Source: Bacteroidia bacterium (lineage in GTDB: Bacteria > Bacteroidota > Bacteroidia > SXHM01). From it: DNA of 53,394 bases. Positions 37,494-46,291 of this stretch are shown here, piece by piece. The stretch spans positions 1 to 53,394 of the forward strand of contig JAGVLY010000049.1 in assembly GCA_020054035.1 (NCBI GenBank), written 5' to 3'. Each line of letters opens with the position of its first letter. The first letter of the stretch is position 1. Under the pieces are notes generated by a model. The model was not told the origin of the DNA. It made no database searches and saw nothing but the letters and a program-made list of their open reading frames with translations. The position numbers and the translations under genes are program-made.

Positions 37494-38981
37494 TTAAGCT
37501 GTAATAGCGGGGGCGTGTGTAAAAGCGTTGTTCTTTAATTTATCGCGGTAGTGTTGGATGGCAATTTCTTTTCGCATAAAAAAGGCTTCGCCCCACAGAA
37601 ACTCATTTTGTGTAAATTGAATGAGCGTAAATCCTGCCTTATCTAAAAAATCGGTGAGTTGTGTAAGTTTTGCACATCCTTCAAAGATTTCATCCAGATT
37701 GGCTTCGGTAATAATATAGTCAATAGTTTTTAGTGTTTTTTTTGCGCCTTTCAAAACCTCTAACTCAAAACCCTGCGTGTCCATTACTAACACATTACAG
37801 TCTGCATAACGATAACTGTCAAGGGTTACAACCTTTACAGTTTCAGAAACATCAAACGGGATGTGGGGATAAAACTCTGTGTGCAATTTAGGCTGAAGCA
37901 GTGAAGAACTCATTCCCCCGTTTTTTACTTCAACAAACATTGGCATTTCACATTCTTTTTTGCCAAGCGCAACCGGGTGGCAAGTAACACCATCAAAAGG
38001 AGCTACGTTTTTAAGCAGCTTTTCAAAATTGCTTTTAAGCGGCTCAAAAAAAACAACCTTGTTAATTCCAAGGTCGCTGTAAATTTTCATTTCAACCCCG
38101 TCATACCCGCCAACATGCAATAGCCCTTTTATTTTTAGGTTAAATCGCTGCTTTACATTCATCAGCAATTCGTCAACAAAGAAATCTTCTTCAAACCTGT
38201 TTTCGGTTTTCTTTGTGTGGGTGGTTTCCGGTTCAAACCTGTCGGGAAGTGGTAAAGCATTTGCACGGGCTATAAAATGCTGGTAAAGTGCATATACATT
38301 TGAATACATATCTCCGCTGTTTTCAAAGCCGCCAATATGCTTACACATTTCATCTTTGAAATAACCGTAGAGCCTGTGCCATGTTTCCTGCTTCCATTGA
38401 AGTTGATGGACTTTATGGATGCCGAAACGCTCATGCACGGCATACATTGGGTATTTACCTATTAATGGATAACACACAATCCAGTAATCCCAAAAACATT
38501 CACCCATACAGTAAATGCGGTTTTCGGGATATAGGGCTGCATTTTGTTTGTTGAGCGCGAAAAAGTCAATACCATACGGCTCATAGCTCATGTTACGCTT
38601 GTTGGTTTGATAGTTCCATCGTTTACCAAGGATGAAATGTGTTTTTGCCCCTTCTTCTATTGCCTGCATAATATCATGTTCGGGCAATAATTCAATATCG
38701 CTGTTAATCAGCAGGCAGGTTTCATGTTCAGTTTGTTGCCTGAAGCAATTAATCATGTGCGTAATCTTTACCAATGGACGGTTAAAGTCAGCCAGCCCGG
38801 TTTCATCTGGATTGGAAACCGGAATAAACTCAACCAGTTCTGCGAACGCTTGCAGCTTTTCTATTTCAGCAGGCGTATTAAATGATTGCACTTTATTTCC
38901 CAGCGCAATCCATGAATTAACGGCATCAAGTTGTATGTCTGCATTGTGGTGGCTGGGAGAAAGGGAGGTAATAAATAACAT
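37494..38981 (-). CDS. Two-domain protein: N-terminal glycosyltransferase-like domain fused to a C-terminal FkbM-family methyltransferase
   Basis: The C-terminal half has LLHVGGYDGVE...VFFEPL...HPVALG...LVMDTQGFELEVLKG, typical of FkbM methyltransferases. The N-terminal FITSLSPSHH...LLINSDIEL is GT-A-like. Its start overlaps the upstream stop (TAATG at 38979-38983). Confidence 0.75.
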   Translation of the reverse strand: MLFITSLSPSHHNADIQLDAVNSWIALGNKVQSFNTPAEIEKLQAFAELVEFIPVSNPDETGLADFNRPLVKITHMINCFRQQTEHETCLLINSDIELLPEHDIMQAIEEGAKTHFILGKRWNYQTNKRNMSYEPYGIDFFALNKQNAALYPENRIYCMGECFWDYWIVCYPLIGKYPMYAVHERFGIHKVHQLQWKQETWHRLYGYFKDEMCKHIGGFENSGDMYSNVYALYQHFIARANALPLPDRFEPETTHTKKTENRFEEDFFVDELLMNVKQRFNLKIKGLLHVGGYDGVEMKIYSDLGINKVVFFEPLKSNFEKLLKNVAPFDGVTCHPVALGKKECEMPMFVEVKNGGMSSSLLQPKLHTEFYPHIPFDVSETVKVVTLDSYRYADCNVLVMDTQGFELEVLKGAKKTLKTIDYIITEANLDEIFEGCAKLTQLTDFLDKAGFTLIQFTQNEFLWGEAFFMRKEIAIQHYRDKLKNNAFTHAPAITA

Positions 38982-39802
38982 TATACGGGGATTTTATCGG
39001 TTTTGAAAATATGATTGTATTGTTTCGGAAATTCTTTGAGCAGGCGGGATTTAACACGCTCAATATAGTCGGGATTTTTCTTGCAATCGCCCCACAGGTG
39101 GGTAAATGCTGTTTCGGGATTTGAAATTTTATCAAGGTCAGCCGCCAAGGTTTCAACCTTTAATTTATTCCGGTTAATGAGGCAGGCTAAAAAATATTGC
39201 TCCATAAACATATTCACCATTGCGGTTTGACGGAGCGGGTTTACATCACCGGCAATTTTTGATAAATATTGGTCAGCGGCTTGCTTCCATTCTTTAATTA
39301 ATGAAATATCATTAAAGCCCATAATTCCAAAATTCCACGAAGTAGTTGAATGGTTTTTCAAGATAACTGCGGGGGTGTTCTTACCTTCAATTTCTATCAT
39401 CTTATCATACTGCGCTGCGCGATGCGGAAAGTCCTGACTTTGGAAATAAAGGGGGGCATTTGCAATAGTGTCAGGTAATTTTTGCCATAGAATAAAATCG
39501 TTGTCAATATGAACAAACGGTCCATTCTGAAGGCTGCACGAATAGATTTTAGCCATCGCCCACAGATCGGGCGAGAGTGTTTTATTCAGCTTATTAAGCC
39601 TGATTACGTTCATGTCAAATTGCAGGTTGTATTTTTTAACCAGCAATTCATATCCTTCCTGGTCTGTGCATAGCTCTACTATATTGAAATGCTTTTTAGC
39701 ATATTCAAGTGATAAAGCAAGTGTTGCAGCCAGTTCATCGAGGTTTCGATAACCGGCTGCATCACTCTTTGGATTCCAATAGGTGAATACCGCTTTCCGC
39801 AT
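38981..39802 (-). CDS. Hypothetical protein, glycosyltransferase-like
   Basis: 273 aa. FVHIDNDFILW (DxD-like) followed by NFGIMGF is reminiscent of GT-A-fold sugar transferases. First gene of a coupled four-gene block. Confidence 0.6.
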   Translation of the reverse strand: MRKAVFTYWNPKSDAAGYRNLDELAATLALSLEYAKKHFNIVELCTDQEGYELLVKKYNLQFDMNVIRLNKLNKTLSPDLWAMAKIYSCSLQNGPFVHIDNDFILWQKLPDTIANAPLYFQSQDFPHRAAQYDKMIEIEGKNTPAVILKNHSTTSWNFGIMGFNDISLIKEWKQAADQYLSKIAGDVNPLRQTAMVNMFMEQYFLACLINRNKLKVETLAADLDKISNPETAFTHLWGDCKKNPDYIERVKSRLLKEFPKQYNHIFKTDKIPV

Positions 39803-39814
39803 GTTTTTCAGATT

Positions 39815-40384
39815 TTATAACCAGCCATCACCGGGTAAGGTGTTAGGATATGCGCTTACTACGACATCAATGATTCTTGTTTTTGATGTAGAACCGTCTG
39901 TGAGAGTAAAAATAAGGCGGTATGTTCCGGGAAGAATAACTGATTTAATCTTAGCATGAAATAGTAAAACACTATTATCGGCAGTAACAGCCTTCGTGGT
40001 CTGTGCAGGCGACATAGCATTAAAAAAACCGTTAGAGTCGGTAAAGTTTGCTGTTGCTGTGCTTGTATAACCATTACGCCCGAAATACCCTTGTATAGCT
40101 ATATAACCTCCCTGAACGTTTGAATCCTGAAAAGAAGAAGATGCGGGCCACTGATTAACAAGTCCGATACTTCCGCTTAATGCAAGAACATCCCATGTAG
40201 CCGCACTAAATGTGCCGGTAGAGCTTGTTCCCCATGTAAGGGTATCAAACTTGTAGGGTTGTTTGTTAATTGTCAGAATGTTGTTCTGAATACTGTTATT
40301 AGCTTCATTAAATATAGCTGCCGCTACAATGTAGTCTGCAATGGTTATTGCAACACTGCCGCCAAGAGGAACAATTTGTGCCAT
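39815..40384 (-). CDS. Hypothetical beta-rich protein (189 aa), candidate virion or surface protein
   Basis: S/T/G/N-rich sequence without TM segments. Tightly packed in the array, 12 nt from the next gene. Confidence 0.65.
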   Translation of the reverse strand: MAQIVPLGGSVAITIADYIVAAAIFNEANNSIQNNILTINKQPYKFDTLTWGTSSTGTFSAATWDVLALSGSIGLVNQWPASSSFQDSNVQGGYIAIQGYFGRNGYTSTATANFTDSNGFFNAMSPAQTTKAVTADNSVLLFHAKIKSVILPGTYRLIFTLTDGSTSKTRIIDVVVSAYPNTLPGDGWL

Positions 40385-40416
40385 GATGTTTGTTTGTTTT
40401 AGTTTGTATTAATTGT

Positions 40417-40908
40417 TTAATTGTTTGTATTTAACCAAGGAATATGCGGCTTTGCCCATGTTATTACTTTGTCAATGGTGAAGCCCATTACACCGTTTAC
40501 AACACAAATCAGCATCAGCCAGTCGCTTGTAATAACTATTTGCCAATCGTCAGGGGTTACAAACGCGAGAAAACGGATAAGTAAAAGGTTAGCGGCAACC
40601 GACAAGAACACTTTTCTAAAGTTGCGTTTCCAAAAATATTTTTTTGAATACTCGTTGGGTGAGTTCGGGTTTTGCTTTATCCCTTTATCCACTTCAAGTA
40701 TGGTATTTATAGCAGCTCCAAGAAGCGAAAAGATTGTTGCAGCAATGTAAAGCGCAATAGGTGTAGCACCCAGCAATAAGCCGGTAACAGTAACTATTAC
40801 TACTGTTGTATCTCTTTCCGCTGGCTGTGCTACTGTTAAGTAAGCACAGGCGAATAGCATTACAAAAAATAACAGGATGCTGATTTTAGTTGTGTTGTCT
40901 ATTTTCAT
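40417..40908 (-). CDS. Polytopic membrane protein (about 4 TM), holin-like by position
   Basis: Hydrophobic stretches are ISILLFFVMLFACAYL, VVIVTVTGLLLGATPIALYIAATIFSLLGAAI, VFLSVAANLLLIRFLAFV and WLMLICVVNGVMGF. It lies two genes downstream of the lysin. Confidence 0.7.
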   Translation of the reverse strand: MKIDNTTKISILLFFVMLFACAYLTVAQPAERDTTVVIVTVTGLLLGATPIALYIAATIFSLLGAAINTILEVDKGIKQNPNSPNEYSKKYFWKRNFRKVFLSVAANLLLIRFLAFVTPDDWQIVITSDWLMLICVVNGVMGFTIDKVITWAKPHIPWLNTNN

Positions 40909-40912
40909 TGGT

Positions 40913-41338
40913 TTAGTCTTTGCTTATTTTGGCTATGTCAACTTTTATTGCAGAGAGCTGGTCAAAAATTTTGTTCATCCGCGAATCCATCTTATCCTGA
41001 AACTCCACCATTTTATTTTCAAGAACATGGTGAAGGTGTTGGCGGTCGGTAATAGACTTTTCAGTGGAGTTCTCTAATTTTTTTATACTTTCTTCCAGTG
41101 TTACCAATGCTTCAGTAGTGGTGTTCCGCAGGTGCGTATGTTCACTTTGCAGTTGACGGAAATCAATTTCCTTTACAAAAGCATTGCAGGCAGTTTTAAG
41201 AACTTGTATTTCGTTGCGTTGCGAAACAAATACATCAATCAGCTTCCATATAGTGCCAAGCATGGCGGCAACTCCGATAAAAACTGCTGCCGCTCTACCT
41301 ATTAATTCCAAGTCGTTCATATATCTTATTGCGTTCAT
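40913..41338 (-). CDS. Membrane-anchored coiled-coil protein (141 aa)
   Basis: N-terminal TM AAAVFIGVAAMLGTIW followed by a heptad-like charged region. The ATG lies 2 nt after hairpin motif copy 3. Confidence 0.7.
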   Translation of the reverse strand: MNAIRYMNDLELIGRAAAVFIGVAAMLGTIWKLIDVFVSQRNEIQVLKTACNAFVKEIDFRQLQSEHTHLRNTTTEALVTLEESIKKLENSTEKSITDRQHLHHVLENKMVEFQDKMDSRMNKIFDQLSAIKVDIAKISKD

Positions 41339-41361
41339 TTGTGGATAGTGTCCACTATTTT
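41339..41361 (-). promoter_or_regulatory. Element-specific hairpin motif, copy 3 (gene junction)
   Basis: Core GTGGATAGTGTCCAC at 41341-41355, with one loop substitution. The minus strand reads AAAATAGTGGACACTATCCACAA. Its TAG is the stop codon of 41355..42092, and the motif ends 2 nt before the next ATG. Confidence 0.7.
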
Positions 41362-42092
41362 GGTTTGTTAAAAAATACCCGTTTCACACCCCAGCCGAAA
41401 AAAAAAAGTGCGCCAATGCCTGCGGCTGTTTTTCCGGGGTTGGCTTTTGCAGCATCTACCGCTTTGCCTGTTTCTTTAATTACTTCCTGTGCTACTTTCT
41501 TAATTCCTGAATAAGCATAGCTTTCAATTCGTGAAAGCCAGCCTTTCTCAAACTCAGGTTTGTTCAGGGATTTATAGTAATCCTTTCTCCATCTCTTTAT
41601 TTTCTCAAACAAGTCTGCTGGGTCCGCTGAATTGATAATTCCAATCTCACTTGCATCAATCGGTAAGGTTATTTTCTTGCCGGTTGTTTCGGTCAACATT
41701 CTACCAACCGTTCCGGGACTATGTTGAATGTTGGCATCGTAAATAATTTCGGCAATGCTTTGATCCGTGATGGTGTCGCCTTTTAATGGTAAATCCCAAA
41801 AAGCATTTTTAAAAATCTTTAAAGCAGTTTCATAAGGAAGTGCTTTCATTTCGGCTGCTGTTACTGGTCCGCCTTTCCATGCAGCAAGTGTAGGAGCTGC
41901 CACACCGAAGTTTGTTCCTACCAAAACAACACTACCGCCAATAGGTGAAATTGCTTTACCTGCTTTATCAAACTTAGCCCATGCGGTTTTATTACCGTTC
42001 ACAGCAAGCCAGTTTCCTAAATCTTTAGGATTAGCAGTATAGCCGCCTTCATACTGCTTTACTTTTGCCTGTGCTATTTTAAATTCTGCCAT
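41355..42092 (-). CDS. GH108-like N-acetylmuramidase (lysin) with C-terminal membrane anchor
   Basis: KQYEGGYTANPKD (EGGY catalytic motif of glycoside hydrolase family 108), GTNFGVAAPTLAAW, FWD and IIYDANIQHSPG follow the GH108 pattern, with an insertion after the EGGY region. The C-terminus GIGALFFFGWGV is hydrophobic. Confidence 0.7.
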   Translation of the reverse strand: MAEFKIAQAKVKQYEGGYTANPKDLGNWLAVNGNKTAWAKFDKAGKAISPIGGSVVLVGTNFGVAAPTLAAWKGGPVTAAEMKALPYETALKIFKNAFWDLPLKGDTITDQSIAEIIYDANIQHSPGTVGRMLTETTGKKITLPIDASEIGIINSADPADLFEKIKRWRKDYYKSLNKPEFEKGWLSRIESYAYSGIKKVAQEVIKETGKAVDAAKANPGKTAAGIGALFFFGWGVKRVFFNKPK

Positions 42093-42096
42093 TGTC

Positions 42097-43329
42097 TTAT
42101 GCCGCTTCCTGTAAAACTTCCTGTTCTTCTTTTTTTGATTTTGCTTTAAAGCTGTCTTTGTTTTGCCATATCAAACCAACTACAAGCAGTCCGCCTGCGG
42201 CAATAGCTATCTTTCCTGCATTGTCGCCAAGCTGGTCAAGTATGCCGCCTTTTTCAGCGTTTATCTTGTCATTTTCCTGTTGTGATTTTATGATTTCAAC
42301 TTTGCTTTCCTTCAACTCAGAAATAGTTCCATCTTTTTTCAGGGCAGCCTCTTCAAACTTTTTAGCACCTTCAACATCGCCTGCGGCTCTCCGCACTTCG
42401 GCTTGTTTATACAGCTCTGCTTTGTCTTTTTCTTCCGAAGCAATGCTTTTATCAATGTCTGAATTAGCCTTGGTTACATCGGCATTGTCAAGTGCCGTTG
42501 GTTTGGCATTGGTAACAATAAGCGCAGCCATCACCACCAGTGCGGCTGTGGCTACAACTGCACCCGCTATTAATAATACAGAGCCACTGATAACAAGCCC
42601 TAATCCTTCATCATCAGTATTGCCCAACGCCCACGATTTAAAAGAAGCAAACAGTTTTTTAGCCTTGTCCATTGCGGCATCTTTTGCTTCAGTAATAAGG
42701 CGGGCTGCTTTAAGTGTAGGATTGTTTTTGTATGCCGCCTGCCTTTTTTCGTAATTGGTTTTTACACGTTTCCATGTGGTGTATAATTTCAGGTAATCTT
42801 GCCCGAATTTATCTGCGGCTGCTTTGTCCTTAAACAAACCATACGGACCTTTATAGTTTGGTATTGCTTGTTGTTTTTTCAACTCAACAGAATGTGCCGA
42901 CATGCGGCTTACCATTGTATTGATAACCTTGCCTAATTGAGCAAGTTTGGTGAACGTATCGTAATCAACCTGCAACATGGATGAAAATTCATCTTTTGAG
43001 TTTGCAGGAATTTGAGCGGTTTGGTTATCAACTTTAACCGTAACCGTTTTCGGTTGCAACCTTGGTCCTTTTTTTGCCTGAAGCAAAAACAGTTTATCAA
43101 AATCCTTTTGGTCAACAACCGAATCTTTTCCGTAATACTTTTGCAGGGCAAGCAATGTGTTTCTGCCAAAGTCGCCATCGGTATTTAAACCCGCTCCTTC
43201 AGTGTTCAGCATCACCTGTAATTTTATTACCTGTGTTCCTTTGCTTCCCTTTTGTAAAGGAAACTTATCATCGCCTACTCCCCTTAAACAACAGCCTTGC
43301 AGCCAGTTTTTATATGCTAATTCGCTCAT
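42097..43329 (-). CDS. Peptidoglycan-binding-domain protein with TM segments and coiled-coil
   Basis: The N-terminus LQKGSKGTQVIKLQVMLNTEGAGLNTDGDFGRNTLLALQKYYG fits PG_binding_1. There is a central TM GLVISGSVLLIAGAVVATAALVVMAALIV and a C-terminal TM IAIAAGGLLVVGLIW. Confidence 0.75.
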   Translation of the reverse strand: MSELAYKNWLQGCCLRGVGDDKFPLQKGSKGTQVIKLQVMLNTEGAGLNTDGDFGRNTLLALQKYYGKDSVVDQKDFDKLFLLQAKKGPRLQPKTVTVKVDNQTAQIPANSKDEFSSMLQVDYDTFTKLAQLGKVINTMVSRMSAHSVELKKQQAIPNYKGPYGLFKDKAAADKFGQDYLKLYTTWKRVKTNYEKRQAAYKNNPTLKAARLITEAKDAAMDKAKKLFASFKSWALGNTDDEGLGLVISGSVLLIAGAVVATAALVVMAALIVTNAKPTALDNADVTKANSDIDKSIASEEKDKAELYKQAEVRRAAGDVEGAKKFEEAALKKDGTISELKESKVEIIKSQQENDKINAEKGGILDQLGDNAGKIAIAAGGLLVVGLIWQNKDSFKAKSKKEEQEVLQEAA

Positions 43330-43330
43330 G

Positions 43331-43714
43331 TTATTTTAATTTTTTATTAAGTTTTAACTGTGCATTAGTCATATAGGCTTGTGTTGCCGCAGTTTGCTGG
43401 ACTACACTTGCACCATACACATAATAATCGGGGATGTTGAGCGTATAAACTACTTTGGTAGTTCCTGCCGGGTCAAGCGGGCTTCCCGCCATTGACGGAA
43501 AGCGCAGCTTTGCTACTTCATAATGAACATCATCTGCAAATACAATAACGTTTGCCCAATCAATATCCGCCTGCACCAAATAATCGGGAGCGGCAGAATA
43601 AACCTGACTAACACCTTTTGAACGATAGGCGTGTGCCGCAAAAGCAAGCGCAAAGAACGCTGCCATTGCAGGTGCTTTGTCTTGGTTGGATGTATCTACA
43701 AATAGAACGTTCAT
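43331..43714 (-). CDS. LMW-PTP/ArsC-fold-like protein with substituted catalytic loop
   Basis: VLFVDTSNQDKAPAMAA aligns to the (I/V)xFVCTGNxCRSPMAE P-loop with Cys to Asp and Arg to Lys changes. The distal NVIVFADDVH and NIPDYY resemble the DxIxTMD and DPY segments. Confidence 0.6.
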   Translation of the reverse strand: MNVLFVDTSNQDKAPAMAAFFALAFAAHAYRSKGVSQVYSAAPDYLVQADIDWANVIVFADDVHYEVAKLRFPSMAGSPLDPAGTTKVVYTLNIPDYYVYGASVVQQTAATQAYMTNAQLKLNKKLK

Positions 43715-43715
43715 T

Positions 43716-43892
43716 TTATTTCAAAAAGCCTTTGTATTGGCGGATTAGTTTTGCATTTTCAGGTTTTTGGAGCTTTGCACTTAACTCAATTATTTCTTCG
43801 GGCGTAAATGCCTTTTGAAAATTGGTGAGAGCTGCGGCTACTTCTCCTTGTTGTTTTGCATCTTTTCCGATGCAGTCAATTTCGTATAACAT
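43716..43892 (-). CDS. Small hypothetical protein (58 aa), below the ORF-track cutoff
   Basis: My translation is MLYEIDCIGKDAKQQGEVAAALTNFQKAFTPEEIIELSAKLQKPENAKLIRQYKGFLK. It starts 11 nt after the upstream stop, and its TAA sits 1 nt before the next ATG (TAAAATG), so it exactly fills an otherwise empty gap. Confidence 0.6.
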   Translation of the reverse strand: MLYEIDCIGKDAKQQGEVAAALTNFQKAFTPEEIIELSAKLQKPENAKLIRQYKGFLK

Positions 43893-43903
43893 GGTATCGG
43901 TTT

Positions 43904-44947
43904 TTAAGTGGTTGCTGTTGTTTCGGCTGTTTTTGCTTCTTCTGCGGCTGTGCGGGCTTTCATTTCATTGTCCAGCACTTGATAAATGTCAACTGCCGCT
44001 TCAGGTGAAAATAATCCGTCCTTATCAAACATGCTTAATGTTACTTTCAGGAAAAGTTTAAATTCATCCAGTGTCATTACCTTGCAGGCTGCGATTAACA
44101 GAAGGATGTTTTTCTTATGGTCGGGGTCAAGCCCTGCAAACTCGTCTTTTGCGTCTGCGGGTTTTGGTGCAGCCGGTTGCGGAGCTGCGGGTTCGCTGGC
44201 AGCTTCGGTTTTTTCTTCAATCTTCTTTTCGCTTTCAGGGAAAAGGTTTTCCTGAATTACTTCTTTCGGAATGCCGATACCTTCCAGCACCCAAGGATTT
44301 TTTTGAACGGCACGTTCAAGCCCTGTTCCAAAAGCAGAGCCAATGATGTTGCTCCATTTTTCAGCAAAACTTTTGTTCTTTTCTTCCAGTCCTGCCAGTT
44401 GTTTGCTTCCAACGGCAATGGTTTCTATCAACTCCTGTTTTTCTTTTTCAACATCTTCCAGCTCTTTGTTAAGCAAAGCAAGTTTTTTGTCAAACTCGGC
44501 TTGTTGCTTATCAAGTGCCGCCTGATGGCGAAGCTCTGTAAGTTGATTTTGTAAAAGCTGTAATTGGTTTGCGCCCGGTTCTGTTAAAGTGGCTAATCTT
44601 TCATCCACAACTTTTTTCATGGCTTCTACCGCCTGTTCGGTGGTAGATTTTTCTTCGGGGTTGCCTAAACTGGTTGTTTCTTCCAGCTTAACTTCGCATT
44701 CTTCAACGCATGGTCCTTTCTTGTCGGCTGAAGGCATGATACGAATTTTTAAAGCGGTTGCACCATCGCGTATAGCACGGTTTACATAGGTATAGAAATC
44801 GGTTTCGCTGGTTGTAGGCGGGTAAGTAGTTCCCAGCCACATAGCAGCAATGTATTTACGCGAGATGTGAATATGTCGTCCGTCTTTTACAGACTTAAAC
44901 ATATCCACCAAATCAGGATATTTTGCTTTTAGTTCTTTGGTAGTCAT
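43904..44947 (-). CDS. Coiled-coil protein (347 aa), scaffold-like by composition
   Basis: A central Q/E/K/L-rich heptad region (LQLLQNQLTELRHQAALDKQQAEFDKKLALLNKELEDVEKEKQEL), then a PAAPQPAAPKP linker and an acidic tail. No enzymatic motif. Confidence 0.7.
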   Translation of the reverse strand: MTTKELKAKYPDLVDMFKSVKDGRHIHISRKYIAAMWLGTTYPPTTSETDFYTYVNRAIRDGATALKIRIMPSADKKGPCVEECEVKLEETTSLGNPEEKSTTEQAVEAMKKVVDERLATLTEPGANQLQLLQNQLTELRHQAALDKQQAEFDKKLALLNKELEDVEKEKQELIETIAVGSKQLAGLEEKNKSFAEKWSNIIGSAFGTGLERAVQKNPWVLEGIGIPKEVIQENLFPESEKKIEEKTEAASEPAAPQPAAPKPADAKDEFAGLDPDHKKNILLLIAACKVMTLDEFKLFLKVTLSMFDKDGLFSPEAAVDIYQVLDNEMKARTAAEEAKTAETTATT

Positions 44948-45363
44948 TAGTTATCGGTTTTTTTATCGGTTTGTAATAATTCTTTTAATTCCTGCATAAG
45001 AATTTCTCTCCTTCTCAAAATTTCTTCCTTTGAAATATCTTGCTCACCATCTGGAACGATGCGTAAAAATTCTACATCAATATTGGCAAGTTGTGATACT
45101 TGTATTTGACCTGTGAATATCTGATAGCGGTAGGCTACATGATTTTGATATTCGGCAGGGTTTGGGAAGTTTATAAACTCATCGCTTGAAAAAATTGTAA
45201 GTCCAACGGCAAACGTTGCGTTTAATAAAAGATAGTATTCATTATTAGCATTAAGATTAAGCGATTGTGCTGCCAAGTCTTTAAAATAAACAGGTTTGCA
45301 GGTGTAACTCTTTACACCTAACTGTTTCATTTTAATAGCCACATATTGCAGTATATCAAACAT
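44947..45363 (-). CDS. Hypothetical protein (138 aa)
   Basis: Its stop codon overlaps the downstream start codon by 1 nt (position 44947). Mixed beta-rich body with a charged helical tail. Confidence 0.7.
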   Translation of the reverse strand: MFDILQYVAIKMKQLGVKSYTCKPVYFKDLAAQSLNLNANNEYYLLLNATFAVGLTIFSSDEFINFPNPAEYQNHVAYRYQIFTGQIQVSQLANIDVEFLRIVPDGEQDISKEEILRRREILMQELKELLQTDKKTDN

Positions 45364-45368
45364 GCTGT

Positions 45369-45785
45369 TTAGTTAAATCCGTAATCGGTATTAGGAACAT
45401 CAATCGTGCTGTCGGTAATGTCTTCCAGCACTTCAAAATAATAGGTAGCGTTATAGTTGGTGGCACAGCTTTTTGTAACTGCAAAACCACTTACAACACT
45501 GTTTGACAATACATCTACATCGCATTTGCGGTATCCGAATTTGCCCTCAAACGTTGCTAAATTCTGAACCAATACATCACCCTGAAAAAGAGTTTCCCTG
45601 TCGCTGTTTACTTTCAGTGTTGTATAAAAAACATTTTCGGTTCCAATTCCTGAACGGTTGGCAGAAATATCATAACCGATAATTTTCTTCACGTTGGAAG
45701 GAAAACTAAAATCCAACTTCTGCATGAACAATGGAGCGTTCTGCATCGGTTGAGTATAAACGATTACTTTTTTTCTTAGCCGCAT
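45369..45785 (-). CDS. Hypothetical beta-rich protein (138 aa), candidate small capsid/jelly-roll-like protein
   Basis: Tight packing. The sequence alternates hydrophobic and polar residues as expected for beta strands. No motif recognised; the structural role is inferred only. Confidence 0.65.
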   Translation of the reverse strand: MRLRKKVIVYTQPMQNAPLFMQKLDFSFPSNVKKIIGYDISANRSGIGTENVFYTTLKVNSDRETLFQGDVLVQNLATFEGKFGYRKCDVDVLSNSVVSGFAVTKSCATNYNATYYFEVLEDITDSTIDVPNTDYGFN

Positions 45786-45810
45786 GGTTCATAATGTTTT
45801 GGATTAATCC

Positions 45811-46233
45811 TTATTTGTGTTGATAATCCGGTTCGTCCTTTTCATCATTGGACAAATCGAGATACACTTTCACCGTGTAAGCTCCGGTAATGACAAAGCC
45901 ACCACCATCAAGGTATTTGAATTTCAGCTTAGCACCATTAGCACGTTCGTTGATTTTGTATTTGCGACACATCGGTCCAACCGAAGTGGTGCTGAACAAT
46001 CTTTTCAATTCATAGCCGGCAGTAAGCACTTCCTGCGAATCAATGGTAAGCGGTGTGTCAAACGTTCCGCCTGTCAGTGAACGGGCATCATTTACTTCAA
46101 CACTTAACGATATTGTCCGTCTGAAATTGCGGTCAATCTCCTGGTCCATTGTAAAATCACCGCCCACAGCTCCACCGGCAGCAGTAATGTTGAATGAAAA
46201 AATCTGTTGGCGTAATTTTCTTAGCGTTGCCAT
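45811..46233 (-). CDS. Hypothetical beta-rich protein (140 aa), candidate small capsid/jelly-roll-like protein
   Basis: It follows the strong hairpin after the 259-aa gene. Beta-rich composition. The structural role is inferred only. Confidence 0.65.
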   Translation of the reverse strand: MATLRKLRQQIFSFNITAAGGAVGGDFTMDQEIDRNFRRTISLSVEVNDARSLTGGTFDTPLTIDSQEVLTAGYELKRLFSTTSVGPMCRKYKINERANGAKLKFKYLDGGGFVITGAYTVKVYLDLSNDEKDEPDYQHK

Positions 46234-46291
46234 GAATGTATTTTTGAATTAATTGTTCGGTTTTAAAATGGTTTTCGGTTTTAAAGGATGG

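Noticed and set aside
42092-42754. 220-aa plus-strand ORF rich in Ser/Ala/Leu, plus similar plus-strand ORFs across the element (44117..44554, 46452..46913, 47466..47834, 50363..50896, 50941..51387, 29250..29633, 38632..39006, 52196..52639, 52974..53315).
   Set aside because: All lie antisense to longer minus-strand ORFs that have recognisable motifs or normal composition and operon-like packing. Their composition is low in complexity (S/A/F/L-rich), as expected from reading Lys/Glu/Ala-rich genes backwards.
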